A DNA stretch of 64,000 nucleotides from Octopus sinensis (lineage: Eukaryota). The notes under the pieces were generated by a model. It searched no databases and was not told where the DNA came from. It was given only the letters and a program-made list of their open reading frames with translations. Positions within the stretch are counted from its first letter, which is position 1; each line of letters starts with the position of its first letter. The position numbers and the translations under genes are program-made. The DNA lies in the NCBI RefSeq assembly GCF_006345805.1, contig NC_043000.1, forward strand, positions 126,852,001 to 126,916,000. The letters run 5' to 3'. Shown piece after piece: positions 41,181 to 53,165 of this stretch.

Positions 41181-42043
41181 TCTGAATATGCAAATAACAA
41201 TATGCTATTTTACTAAATAGTAGACAAATGTAAAATAGTAAGAAATAGAATAAAAATGTATTATTATGTATTATTAGCATGTGTCTGAGTGTGTACACAA
41301 GTATATCTGTTTGGACATATGTATATATGTGTGTGTGTGTGTGTGTGCGTTTATAGCATTATGTTTGTACGTATTTTTTCCCCTCTCCCTTACTAGTTAA
41401 AATAGGTTCAAATGTGTAATTTTATACATTCATTATTCAGTTCCACTTTATTCTCTAATTCAATTTAGTTTCTGCAAAAAGTCGATTTAGAAAACAGTTA
41501 TCTAATTTACCGTATAACTAGTTTAATGTAATTTTGGGTTTATCTAATTTATTTAGATAAATATCTGATTTAGCTTACGATCTATCAAATTTGGTTTGAT
41601 CATGACTGATTCCAATTCATCATTAATGTTCTCCAATATGTTGTGTTGCTCTAGTCATTTGTTTAAAACTTGTAATATCAATAATTCTTTATTTAACCTT
41701 TTCTGGCTTTAGTTTTTTGGTTATATTGCTTTTTATCATTATTAGAGTATTCTGGAGGAATAATAGAACAGTTACTATTCTTTGTCCAGTCTATTATGTT
41801 TATTGTAATATTCTGAAAAATTTCATGGAACAGCTACAACTTTTTCTCTTATCTATATTAACGAAACACACAAAGTATAGAAGCTATGGCTGCCTGGTTA
41901 AAAAGTTAACTTTCCAACTACATAGTTCTAGGTTTAATCCCACAAGGTAGCAGCTTGGACAAGTATCTTCTATTATTGTCTGAAGCTGATCAAAGCACTC
42001 TGAGAAAATCTGATTGACAGTAATGAGATAAAAGCCCACCCAC

Positions 42044-42077
<34 letters not shown>

Positions 42078-43102
42078 TGGCACGTAAAAAGCACCCATTA
42101 CATTCATGGAGTGGTTGGCGTTAGGAAGGGCATCCAGCTGTAGAAATACTGCCAGATCAGACTGGAGCCTGGTGCAGCCTCCTGGCTTCCCAGAGCCCGG
42201 TTGAATCGTCCAACCCATGCTAGCACGGAAAACGGACATTAAACGATGATGATGATGATGATATATATATATATACACACACAAACACATACTCACACAC
42301 AACAAGAACCCTTTGAATGAATAGCACATGGAATTTATGTCTTCACACTATCCACTTGTAATATAACAAAATATGAACTCCTATTGGAATCTACATACCA
42401 TTGACAGGAAGCATTTCTACCCATTTTACACATCACTTTCTTTGGTTAATGGAACTGCAACTGTAACAACCTATGTATATTTTTACTTTTATTCTCTTAT
42501 TTCCCTTTATACTTCAAAAATAACTCCTTATACTAAACTCTACTATTTCCCTCTAGTTAACTCTCTCATATGATGAAGGGAAATCCCTAATATCCCAGAA
42601 ACAGCTGTAAGACTACCTTTCTCTTTATATATGTCCTAAAAATTCCACATAGCCTTGGCTTTGTTGTCTCATTCCACTGAACACACACACACACATATAT
42701 ACACACATACGTATTTCATCTACATAGAACTTGGCACTATACTCTTATGTATTGAATTACTATGTAGTCTGTTAGCTGAGTCCATTAAAGGAGCTTTCTG
42801 TGATAGCCACACAATACCATGATTCCATATAACAGACTACAATTTTGTGTTTGCGTACATATATTGGTGTGCTTATGTGTACACATGCAAGCACATGCAT
42901 GCACACACATGCACACACACTCACACATAAACATGGCAAAACTTCAAAGTCACTGTCCTTTGTAAAAGTTTAATAAAAATGTACTTTACTAAAATGTATT
43001 GAATAATTATTCAGTTTGATGATAAATTGTTTTTATACATAATATGACATAAAAAAAAAGAAACATATATATATATAGGAGTGGCTATAGGAACAGAAGT
43101 GG

Positions 43103-43985
43103 CAATAGGCACAGGAGTGGCTGTGTGGTAAGAAGCTTGCTTCCCAACCACATGGTTCCAGGTTCAGTCCTACTGTGTGGCACCTTGGGCGAGTGTCTTC
43201 TACTATAGCCTCAGGTCGACCAAAGCCTTGTGAGTGGATTTGGTGGACAGAAACTGAAAGAAGTCCATCGTATATATATATATATATGTATGTATTTGTG
43301 TGTCTGTGTTTGTCCCCCGACCATCGCTTGATAACTGATGTTGGTGAGTTTACATCCTTATAACTTAGCAGTTCAGCAAGAGACCAATAGAATAAGTGCA
43401 AGGCTTACAGAGAATAAGTCCTGGGGTCGATTTCTTCAACTAAAGGCAGTGACTAAAATTACTAAAAAAAATAAAAAAAGAATAAAATACACACACACAC
43501 ACATGATAACGATAATGATACAGCACATATTTCCTCCCATATATAGTTATACTCTTTCTCTCTTTCACTCTCATTCACTTGTTTCAGTCATGTGATTGCA
43601 GCCATGCTGGAGCACCACCTTTAGTCGAGCAAATTGACCTCAGGACTTATTCTTTGTAAGCCTAGTACTTATTCTATCGGTCTCTTTTGCCGAACCACTA
43701 AGTTACAGAGACGTAAACACACTGGCATCGGTTGTCAAGTGATGCTAGGGGAACAAACACATACACACAAATGTAGACACACATACACACAAATGTAGAC
43801 ACACATACACACACATATATATATATACATATAAATGACAGGCTTCTTTCTGTTTCTGTCTACCAAATCCACTCACAAGGCTTTGTTTGTCCCGAGGCTA
43901 TAGTAAAAGACACTTGCCCAAGGTGCCACGCAGTGGGACTGAACCCAGAACCATGTGGTTCATAAGCAAGCTACTTACCACATAG
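43103..43985. mobile_element. Inverted tail-to-tail SINE A pair (43103-43447 plus, 43560-43985 minus)
   Basis: Both match family A in opposite orientations. Confidence 0.85.
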
Positions 43986-44421
43986 GCATTCCTATGCCTA
44001 TATATATATATAAAATTTAATATCAAATTTTCTTCTTACTAACAAAATTATCCTCTCTACCATATAAAATACAGCACTCTACTGAAAATGAAAGTAAAAT
44101 GTTTCCCAATGTTATTCACTCTATCTCATTTGACAGTTTTCCACTTCAACAACAAACAACATAAGCTAATTACCATTTGTTTGTATATTAGGGAATCACA
44201 GAAGAGTTTGCAATTCTCTGTCCTTTCAATTACGTTTATTATAATATTGTCAGGAAATCAAAGAATGGTCACGATTCTTGATTTGTATGATTTTTATTAG
44301 CTTACGTACATTAGTGATGTCGAGAGACGTAAGAGCACAACGTTGTCATTTTAAATCTAAGGACAGCACTAAAATGAATCAATGAAGTAGCAGAACCAAC
44401 CGAAAAGTCAATGGTTCAAGT

Positions 44422-44954
44422 TCTGTAATTGGCACTGCATCCTGTCTCTGGTCTCAACATAGGTGTTACTTTATATGAGTAATTCTAAGCTATTATTTGT
44501 TGCAGGAAAGCATTGCAAGGTGGATTCTTCAAGCTGAGCTAACTGATTGGAGATCTAGAGGTAGATGAAGAACAACATGTATAGATGATATTGAAGGTCT
44601 AAGTTGGCCATGTTTGGGAATCCAGCCAAAAAGTGCAATGATAGTTGCTCGTGAAAAAGGCCTTGTAGAAGAGGTGCCTGATGCTCTGTAATTGGCACCA
44701 CATCCTGTCTGTGGTCTCAACATAGGAGTTATTTTATGAGTAATTCTAAGCAAATGACTATTATTTGTTGCAGGAAGGAATCACAAGGGGGATTCTTCAA
44801 GCTGAGCTAACTGGTAGGACTTCTAGAGGTAGATGAAGAACAATATGTTTAGATGATATTGAAGGTCACAGTTAGCCATGTTTGGGAATCCAGCCAAAAA
44901 GTGCAATGATGGTTGCTTGTGAAAAAGGCCTTATAGAAGAGGTGCCTGAGGCTT
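44422..44954 (+). repeat. Tandem duplication (~263-bp period) of a decayed LINE-like segment
   Basis: tctgtaattggcac at 44422 and 44685; residual ILQAEL..RSRGR*RTTCIDDIE resembles RTE ILQG..EG.R.RGRPR..W.DDI. Confidence 0.8.
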
Positions 44955-45318
44955 GTACTCTCACTCCGCAACCCTCTAAGGAATAGTGAGTAGAGATGAT
45001 GGATGGCTATCTGTTTTTGAGTTTGTAGTGTCAAATATGTCAGCCACCCCAAATCCACACTTAACTATATGTAATTCATGTAGATGGCATGTCTGGGTAA
45101 TTTTCCCCATGGCATTATTTTAAATGATATTATTCATCAGTGAATGGTTTTTTTCTCAAAATCTAGATTCTCTTAGTCATTTACAATCTGGCAAGTACTG
45201 GTTAGACTATAACATGCTGAAGTGATCTAATAAGACCAAAACATGTTCAATTCACCAATCACCATCTCATACTAAGCAAAAAGAACTCCATATTGGTTCT
45301 ATGTTTTGGGGTATGTAT

Positions 45319-45356
<38 letters not shown>

Positions 45357-45410
45357 AATAATAATAAGACCAAACCTGAGCTTTGTTTCAATAATAATAA
45401 TAATAATAAT

Positions 45411-45957
45411 AAATGCCCTGATGCAGTATCAGGCACTGGCTCTCATGACTTCTGATCTTAACTGATTGGAAGTTTTATCATGTACATGGTTTTGCCTTGG
45501 TATAAAAGATGGGCTACAGCAAATATTCTGCTCAATACCACAGATTTGCTTGTCAGTTGTTTGACCTTAACCAGTTGAGCATGTTCCTTGGTGGCTGATG
45601 ATATGTGCATCGCTGATCATGAGCAGGAGTAGTGGGGGAGCATCATAGTCATGTGTTGAGAGGAATTCTTTGGAGTTTGAATAATTCATCTCTGGAAATA
45701 TGAGTATTTTGTTTAACATCCTTAAACAAGCTTTATTCAAGGACCTTTTGAGTGAGAAGGGCTACTCGACCTGAAGGAAATACTAACTGGGCCTTACCTG
45801 CAAGGTCATGCACAGTTTATCTTGACATGAGATCACCATGTCACACATATATGATGGTGATGTATGTGTCTGGTGTATCCTTATCAGACAGCTAGTCATG
45901 ATGGGTATACTGGGCTTCATATATTTTACTTTGAAGGCATGCACTGTTCTCTCATTC

Positions 45958-46005
<48 letters not shown>
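45411..46005 (+). mobile_element. Non-LTR element 3' region embedded in (AAT)n, possibly Dong/R4-like
   Basis: (AAT)n on both sides; last ~140 bp shared with 59404-59553, which is also (AAT)n-flanked; no ORF seen. Confidence 0.55.
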
Positions 46006-46006
<1 letters not shown>

Positions 46007-46643
46007 TGCGGGTTATCTAACAAATAGGACACCAACACCAACACCATCACATTTTCTTCATCATTTAACTAAGAACACTGTGCAGCAGCAAGAGACTTGT
46101 AGGGGCATTGATATTTTGTTATGCAACTACAACATACTACAAAGTATATCAAATAGTTCATAAGCAAATATTGTATCCTACTATGTTAGCAGTACTACTA
46201 AATCACTAGTTAAGGTTATCTCTATGGATTTTCTATAGAAATTAGAGCCAGAATTGATTTGTTATGATGTTTCATATACAATTATGTTTAATGTAAGCAA
46301 CAATGCAATTGAAGATTGAAAAATAGGTAATGGGACTACATGCCATATTTCAGGCATTCCTGCTCCTTCATGAGTACCACATGCAACACATTAACCATTC
46401 ATGAATTCATTGCTTAAATAGCCTCTAAATATAGCAGTGTAACATTATTGGATATACCAATTTCATGTATTAAACACATTCCTGGCAGCTGATATGTACA
46501 TAACACTGTGGCAAAAGAGACCAATAGAATAAATACCAAAATTTAAAAAGAAGAACTGATGATGACTTGTTTGACCAAACCCTTCATGGTTGTAGTCCAA
46601 TGAGTAAAACAAAAACAAAGGAAGAAAAATAATCTGTACCCAC

Positions 46644-47125
46644 CTGTTATTTGAGTCTGTAATTTGTGCATGAAGGTGAGCCCATGTACTAGCAATAGAA
46701 GTCACATTACTTTCAAGAGATGAACTGTTGACCTGCAGCAGTAGCATCTTGCCCTCATCAAGCACTTGGAACACAAGGGGTTTCACATGAAACATTTCAG
46801 TTTGAATTTCCTTGTATTTTTCTTTTCTGTCTCTGATGGCCTGTAAGGAATCACCTGTGCTTGGTTCACTTGTCAAAGGCATGCAGCTGTTCTCGATGCT
46901 TGTAATTTCCTTTTCCAGCTGTCCAAGTCGGATATTGAAAGCAACCCACAGTTTCACTAAACGGTCCAAGTGCTGTCCATACAGATTTGCTTGATCTTTC
47001 ACTTCATCGGTAAGGTCACTCAGACGCTGGTGTTCGGTTCTGTGTTGCTCACGCATACTTTGGTCGCACTGCTCAGCCAAAGAATCTAGCAATGCCCGAT
47101 GCCCTTCCATATCACTGAAGAAGTC
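46644..47125 (-). CDS. SYNE1: Exon 6 (482 nt, 0-2) DFFSDMEGHR...ITDSNN
   Basis: tctcttaaag acceptor, AG|GTGGGT donor; phase 2 matches the next exon. Confidence 0.9.
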
Positions 47126-48224
47126 CTTTAAGAGAAAAAAAATATATATACAGCTTAAAATATGTATTTGGATGAGAACAATAAGGAAAGGAAAAAGAAA
47201 CAGATAGAGAGAAAGTAAGATTGTGAGAGGAACACTAAAGGGTTTTATGTATTTTTCTTTTATAACTAGTCTCCTTATACCATTGCTGTTGGTTACTAGG
47301 CATTTGAATTTTTTAAAATCTTTAATAGCCATCTATCTTACTTAATGCAAGTATATCAGGAAGATAACTTATGTCTACTTCTGATGTATGTTGTGTTTTT
47401 AAAGACAGCAAGTCCAAGCGAGATATCTCAAGAATAAAACCCACAGTAAATTTGCTTTTGTGGTTTATCTACATTGAATATGATACACATATGACTATTT
47501 AAATGTAATACTGCTTCTGTTGCATATAATAGTTTGTTTTTCTTTGATATTTAAAAAGATGATTTTCTTTTTCTCTCTCAAACATTTTCCTAGAACTAGC
47601 AGAATATATATGTAATAGGTGAGGCCTGTAACTGCTGATGGAGTCATAGAGTGCTGTTGTAACATATGGCACAACTTGGACATTTTAAATCTGGTGAAAA
47701 GATAGTAAGAGAAAGATAAAAAGTACTTGACTGGTAATTTATCTCAGTACTCAACTGGTATGTTACTTATCAATGCCAAGCAGATGAAATTTAACCTCAG
47801 CCAGATTTGAACTCTGGCCATAATAAGAGACCTGTTGAGGTAAGTGAAGTTGTTGTTGTGGCCAATGACAGTACCATCTGATTGGCACCCATGCCAGTGG
47901 CACATAAAAAGCACCATTCGAGTGTGGTCATTGCCAGTGCTGCCTGACTGGCCCTCATGCTGGTGGCATGTAAGAAGCACCATTTGAGTGTGGCTGATGC
48001 TAGTACCTGACTGTCTTGGTTATTGTCTCTGTGAGGCCCAACGCTTGAAAGTTTGCCTCCATGATGATAATAATAATAATAATAATATCCACTGTCCTAA
48101 TGACTTTGCTAAATTATCACCTTATATAGTATTTTTCATTAATTTAGATTGTTAGCCTGTAACATAATTAATTCTAGAGAATTGGACAGAACAGCTTTTT
48201 CCTTGCAATTTTGACACAGAAACA

Positions 48225-48321
<97 letters not shown>

Positions 48322-48625
48322 ATGTATGTATCTATCTATCTATATATATATATAGAAAACATTCAGTAAACTTAGTGAATTGGTTGGTATTGGGAACAGC
48401 ATCCATCAGTAGAAGCCGTGCCAAAACTGAGATAATAATGTATGACATGGTGCTCTAAACTCTTGGATCCTGTCAAACTGTTTAACTTATGCCAGCATGG
48501 AAAGCAGATATAAAATGGTGATAACGAAGATAATATCATGGATGTCTGTTGAATAAATGGATAAATCAATTAAATACGTAAAGAAAACACACATAAAACA
48601 AACAATCAATGAAAGCAATATTTAC

Positions 48626-48799
48626 TTTGTGCGCCTTCAGTTGTTGTTGAAGATGGGTAAGATCCCTTGCAGTGGTGGTGGTTGACTTCTTCAGCTTATT
48701 TTTAGCAGTTACCAAGAAATCTGCAAAGTCCTCAAGAAGCTTTTCATATTGGATTTGGATTGAAGAGGACTGGAGTAAAGTCGCCTTTCTGTCCATCAC
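48626..48799 (-). CDS. SYNE1: Exon 5 (174 nt, 0-0) VMDRKATLL...QLKAHK
   Basis: cttattcag acceptor, AAA|GTAAAT donor; spectrin-type YEKLLEDFADFL. Confidence 0.9.
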
Positions 48800-49013
48800 C
48801 TGAATAAGAGAAGAGCAAAAATCATTGCGGTTGGGTGTTAATATGGTGATATGACAGTAGTCTTCCGTAACTAACCAAACAGTTCTGCTTGCACACACAC
48901 ATACACACACACTGGTAATCTCTGATGAATACAGTTATTAAACAATCATCTGATTACCTAATATCCTGTGCAAAACTGATTGGTAAGATTGGTTATAATA
49001 GATCTATAATATT

Positions 49014-49397
49014 CTTTTCTACTTTAGGCACAAGGCCCAGTTGAGGGGGCCAGTTGATTCGCTCGACCCCAGTATGCAACTGGTACTAAATTTATCGACC
49101 CCTAAAGGATGAAAGGCAAAGTTGACCTCAGTGGAATTTGAACTCAGAATGTAAAAACAGATGAAATACTGCTAAGCTTTTCACCCAGTATGCTAACATT
49201 TCTGCCAGCTCACTGCCTTTAAATAACCTTTTCTACTCTAAGCACAAGGCCTAAAATTTTTGCAGAGGGGGCCAGTCGATTAGATCAACCCCAGTATGTA
49301 ACTGGTGGAAATTGAACTCAGAACATAAAAATAGACGAAATACCGCGAAGCATTTCAACCAGCATGTTAACATTTCTGCCAGCTTGCTGCCTTATGA
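49014..49397 (-). mobile_element. SINE C dimer within one 12-bp TSD
   Basis: atctataatatt at 49002 and 49398; two head-to-tail monomers. Confidence 0.8.
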
Positions 49398-51119
49398 ATC
49401 TATAATATTGTATACTTTATGTGTGTGTGTGTGTGTAAATATTTACTTTTTCTTTTTTATCAAGTTGTATATCATAAAAAAAATTTAACACTAAACTGAG
49501 GAATTTATTATTTTTTTGTAGAGTACATATCTATTAAACATTTACAAGAGGTGTGACAGTGACCTGAAAGTTTCAGCCTGCTAGCTTTATACATATAGCT
49601 GAATATTATCAATACAGCGAACAAAAGTACCTTATTATATTTAATTCAATACATAAACTATGCTTCTTTGCATCAAGGTAGACTTTGCCATTCACAAGAC
49701 AAAAAATATGAATACTAAGCAAAATACTTGGGGTCGATATACTTAAGAAAATTCTAGAAAACAATGCCTACAATTCTAAAAACTGAGACTAGTAATAGAA
49801 TACATACACATACATCTTGCAGTTCCCACTGCTCATTTCTCTTTCTCTCTCTTTCCTTTATTAGGCATGAGTAGCCATGCAGATCCTCTACAAGAACCTA
49901 CATTGCCCCTACTTCTCATAGTTCCATCCCTCATCCACTAGTGTGAAGATCACCCACCCGCCCAATGGTTTATAAGTTCTGAAACCTGCATGGTAACCTC
50001 AACAGTGCAGGTGGCATGAAAAAAACACCCAGGCCATGCTGTAAAGTGGTTAGTATTAGGAAGGGCATCCAGCTGTAGAAACCATGCCAAAAAAGACATT
50101 GGATCCTGTCAAACCAACCAACCCATGACAGCATGGAATATGGATGTTAATGATTATGATAAATGATGAAGATGTATATGTATGTATGGTTGATATTTCT
50201 TCACAGAACAAGGTTAACCATGCTCCATGCAAAGGAATTGACACCAGTTAGCAGAGTATATTAATGTAACCTATAGCAGTTAAAAGCCTGTATACTACTT
50301 CGTATGCACACCTGTTTCCTTAAAAAAATTGGGAGATTAGGAATCATCATAAAATAAGAAAAAAAAAAAACGAGTGTTGTCATTATTCCAATATATAAAT
50401 TTCTGTGTCAAAATGACAAAAGAGGAACAGCATTTTCATGAAACTGGGAGGGCTTCTTATTAGGAAGGAGTGAGTGACTATAGAAAGAATAGCAATGGGA
50501 AAGAGAAAGGGTAGAAAGAAGATGAAAAAAGGGGGCAGAAAGAAAGAGGGGAAAAATGGACAAACTGTAAATTCTATGTAGCAAAGCGTAAACACAAATC
50601 ATCAACAAGACAAATACCAAGGTTTAATCGACCAAGTTTATTGTATTAGTCTTTTCTATCTCTTCTTTTCCAGCTTTCATTTTACATTCCCTCTTTCCTT
50701 TTCTGGTTTTTCTATAGCCACTCACATTTTGCTTAATAAGAACCCGTTGAATTTCATGAAATAACTGCACTTCCTTTGTGTTTCTGACACAGAAACGTAT
50801 ATATTGGAATAATGACACTGCTTGATAACCTCCTACTTTAGGAGAGAAACAGGTATGCGTGTTAACTGTATAGGCTTTTAACTATTATATATACATATGT
50901 ATATATGTTTGTAGGTATGTAGAGACATGCGTTATTATTGTTGTTATTATTATTATCATTTTTATTATTACTGTTGCTGTTGTTGTGTCAACCAAATACT
51001 CTTTAAACATAGATGAACGTATATATGTAAGGATGTATATATGCATGCATATATATGTGTGTAAACAGTGAACATCTATCTATCTGTCTATCTATCTATC
51101 TGTCTATCTATCTATCTCC

Positions 51120-51167
<48 letters not shown>

Positions 51168-51253
51168 ATATAAAATCATTTATATGAATAGATATATGTC
51201 TTTATATATAAATAGCTATATCAGTCTGTCAGTGTCTATCTCTCCCTCCCCCC

Positions 51254-51286
<33 letters not shown>

Positions 51287-51689
51287 TATGCATATGGATG
51301 GATGTATATAAAAATACATATTTACATATACACACATATATAAAAATAAATATACATATGCTAAATGTATATGCACACACACACACACACACAAATCAAA
51401 CTTGAAGATATCTGTATAAATTTTCTTTATAATTTTTTAATGCACTCATATACAAAATGAGATGAGGAAAAAAAAAACGAAAGAAAAAGATGAAAATAAA
51501 AGCCTTTGTATGTTGACAATGGAGAGTAATTGTTGCATTAGAAGAGATGGTGGATGACATGGAAAGAAGTGATGAGGTCAGGTCTTTCTGAATGCTGCTG
51601 GTTGTCACAGACTAAATGACAAATGATTAAGAAGGGGCAATGATAGGCTACACAATAGATCCAGCCAACCCATGCCTATATAGGTGATA

Positions 51690-52270
51690 TGTAGATGGTA
51701 AATTGCTGTTGTTGCTGTTGATGATGGTGATGATGATGATAATGATGGTAGTAGTAGTGATGGTGATAGTGATGATGATAGTGATAATGATAATTATGAG
51801 GAGGCAGGTAATGACAATGACAATGATGATGATGATGATGGTAGTGGTGATGATGGTGATGATAATGATGGTAGTAGTGGTGATGGTGATAGTGATGACA
51901 ATAATGATGATGATAATGATGAGGAGGCAGGTAATGACAATGATGATGATGATGGTAGTGGTGATGATGATGATAATGATGGTAATAGTGGTATGGTGAT
52001 AGTGATGATGATAATGATGATGATAATGATGAGGAGGCAGGTAATGACAATGATGATGATGATGGTAGTGGTGATGATGATAATGTTGGGGTGGCGGTGA
52101 TGGTGATAGTGGATGTGGTTGTGATGGTGATGATAATGATATGGAGGTAGACAATGACAATAATGATGATGAAAATGCTGAAGAGAGCAATGATGATGAT
52201 GATAAAGATAAAGACGACAATAGTGATTGTGATGTTGATAATGATGGTGATGATAATGATGATGGCAACC
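51690..52270. repeat. Imperfect (GAT/GGT)n trinucleotide tract with internal block duplications
   Basis: GAGGAGGCAGGTAATGACAATGA recurs three times (~51799, 51920, 52031). Confidence 0.9.
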
Positions 52271-52307
52271 ACAATTACGATAATTAAAAGAATCTCTAGG
52301 TTCTTAC

Positions 52308-52448
52308 TTTTCTTTTAGCTTCCATGTAGGCCAGTTGTAGATCGGTAAACTCACTGAAAATCCAGTTGGGGATGGCAGAACTTTCATCTTCTCTACTTTT
52401 AAACTCATTCAAACTGCTTTCAAGTTCTTTCAATTGTATTTCAGCTTT
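52308..52448 (-). CDS. SYNE1: Exon 4 (141 nt, 0-0) KAEIQLKELE...MEAKRK
   Basis: tatattttag acceptor, AAA|GTAAGA donor; 47 open codons with coiled-coil character. Confidence 0.85.
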
Positions 52449-52751
52449 CTAAAATATAAACAAAACATGACAACACAAAATCAGTTAAAAGAACATTTAA
52501 AAATATGTTAATAATATTTTTCTGAGAATAAATTGACAGAACTGTTAATGCATCAAATGAAATGTTCAGCAGCATTTCTACCAGCTTTTTACAATCTCAG
52601 CTCAAACATCACCAAGGTCATCATTGATTTTCATTTCTGGGGTTTGATAAAATAAGTACCAGTTATGTACTGGGGTTGATGTAATTGACTAACTCTCTCT
52701 TTCTCTTAACCCTTTGACATATTTATTTGTCACCCATCCACCATAATACTC

Positions 52752-52966
52752 TTTTACTCTTTTATATGCTTCAGCCATTTGATTGTGGCCATGGTGGAAC
52801 ACCACCTTTAGTCAAACAAATCAACCCCAGAACTTATTATTTGTAAGCCTGGTACTTATTCTATTGGTATCTTTTGCCAAATTGCTAAGTTACGGGGACA
52901 TAAACACACCAACATCAGTTGTCAAGCAATGGTGGGGGTAGGGGGAACAAACACAGAAACACAATC

Positions 52967-53009
<43 letters not shown>

Positions 53010-53165
53010 GCTTCTTTCAGTTTCCAGCTACCAAGTCCGCTCACAAGGCTTTGGTCGGCCCAAGGCTATAGGAGAAGACACTTGCCCAAGGTGCCACGCA
53101 GTGGGACTGAACCCCGAACCATGTGGTTGGTAAGGAAGCTACTTATCACACAGCCACTCCTGCAC
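52752..53165 (-). mobile_element. SINE family A, full length
   Basis: Reverse-complement match to 13785-14163. Confidence 0.85.

Noticed and set aside
41579-41651. Exon-like EQHNILENINDELES...
   Set aside because: Phase 1-1 inside a phase-2 intron; the required frame hits a stop
46640-46643. Alternative donor TGG|GTACAG for exon 6
   Set aside because: It gives phase 0, incompatible with the next exon; AG|GTGGGT fits
51505-51612. Possible exon SVTTSSIQKDL...
   Set aside because: An acceptor is present but there is no credible donor
51648-52274. His/Ser/Ile-rich ORFs of ~200 aa
   Set aside because: Products of the trinucleotide tract; exons 4 and 5 join cleanly without them
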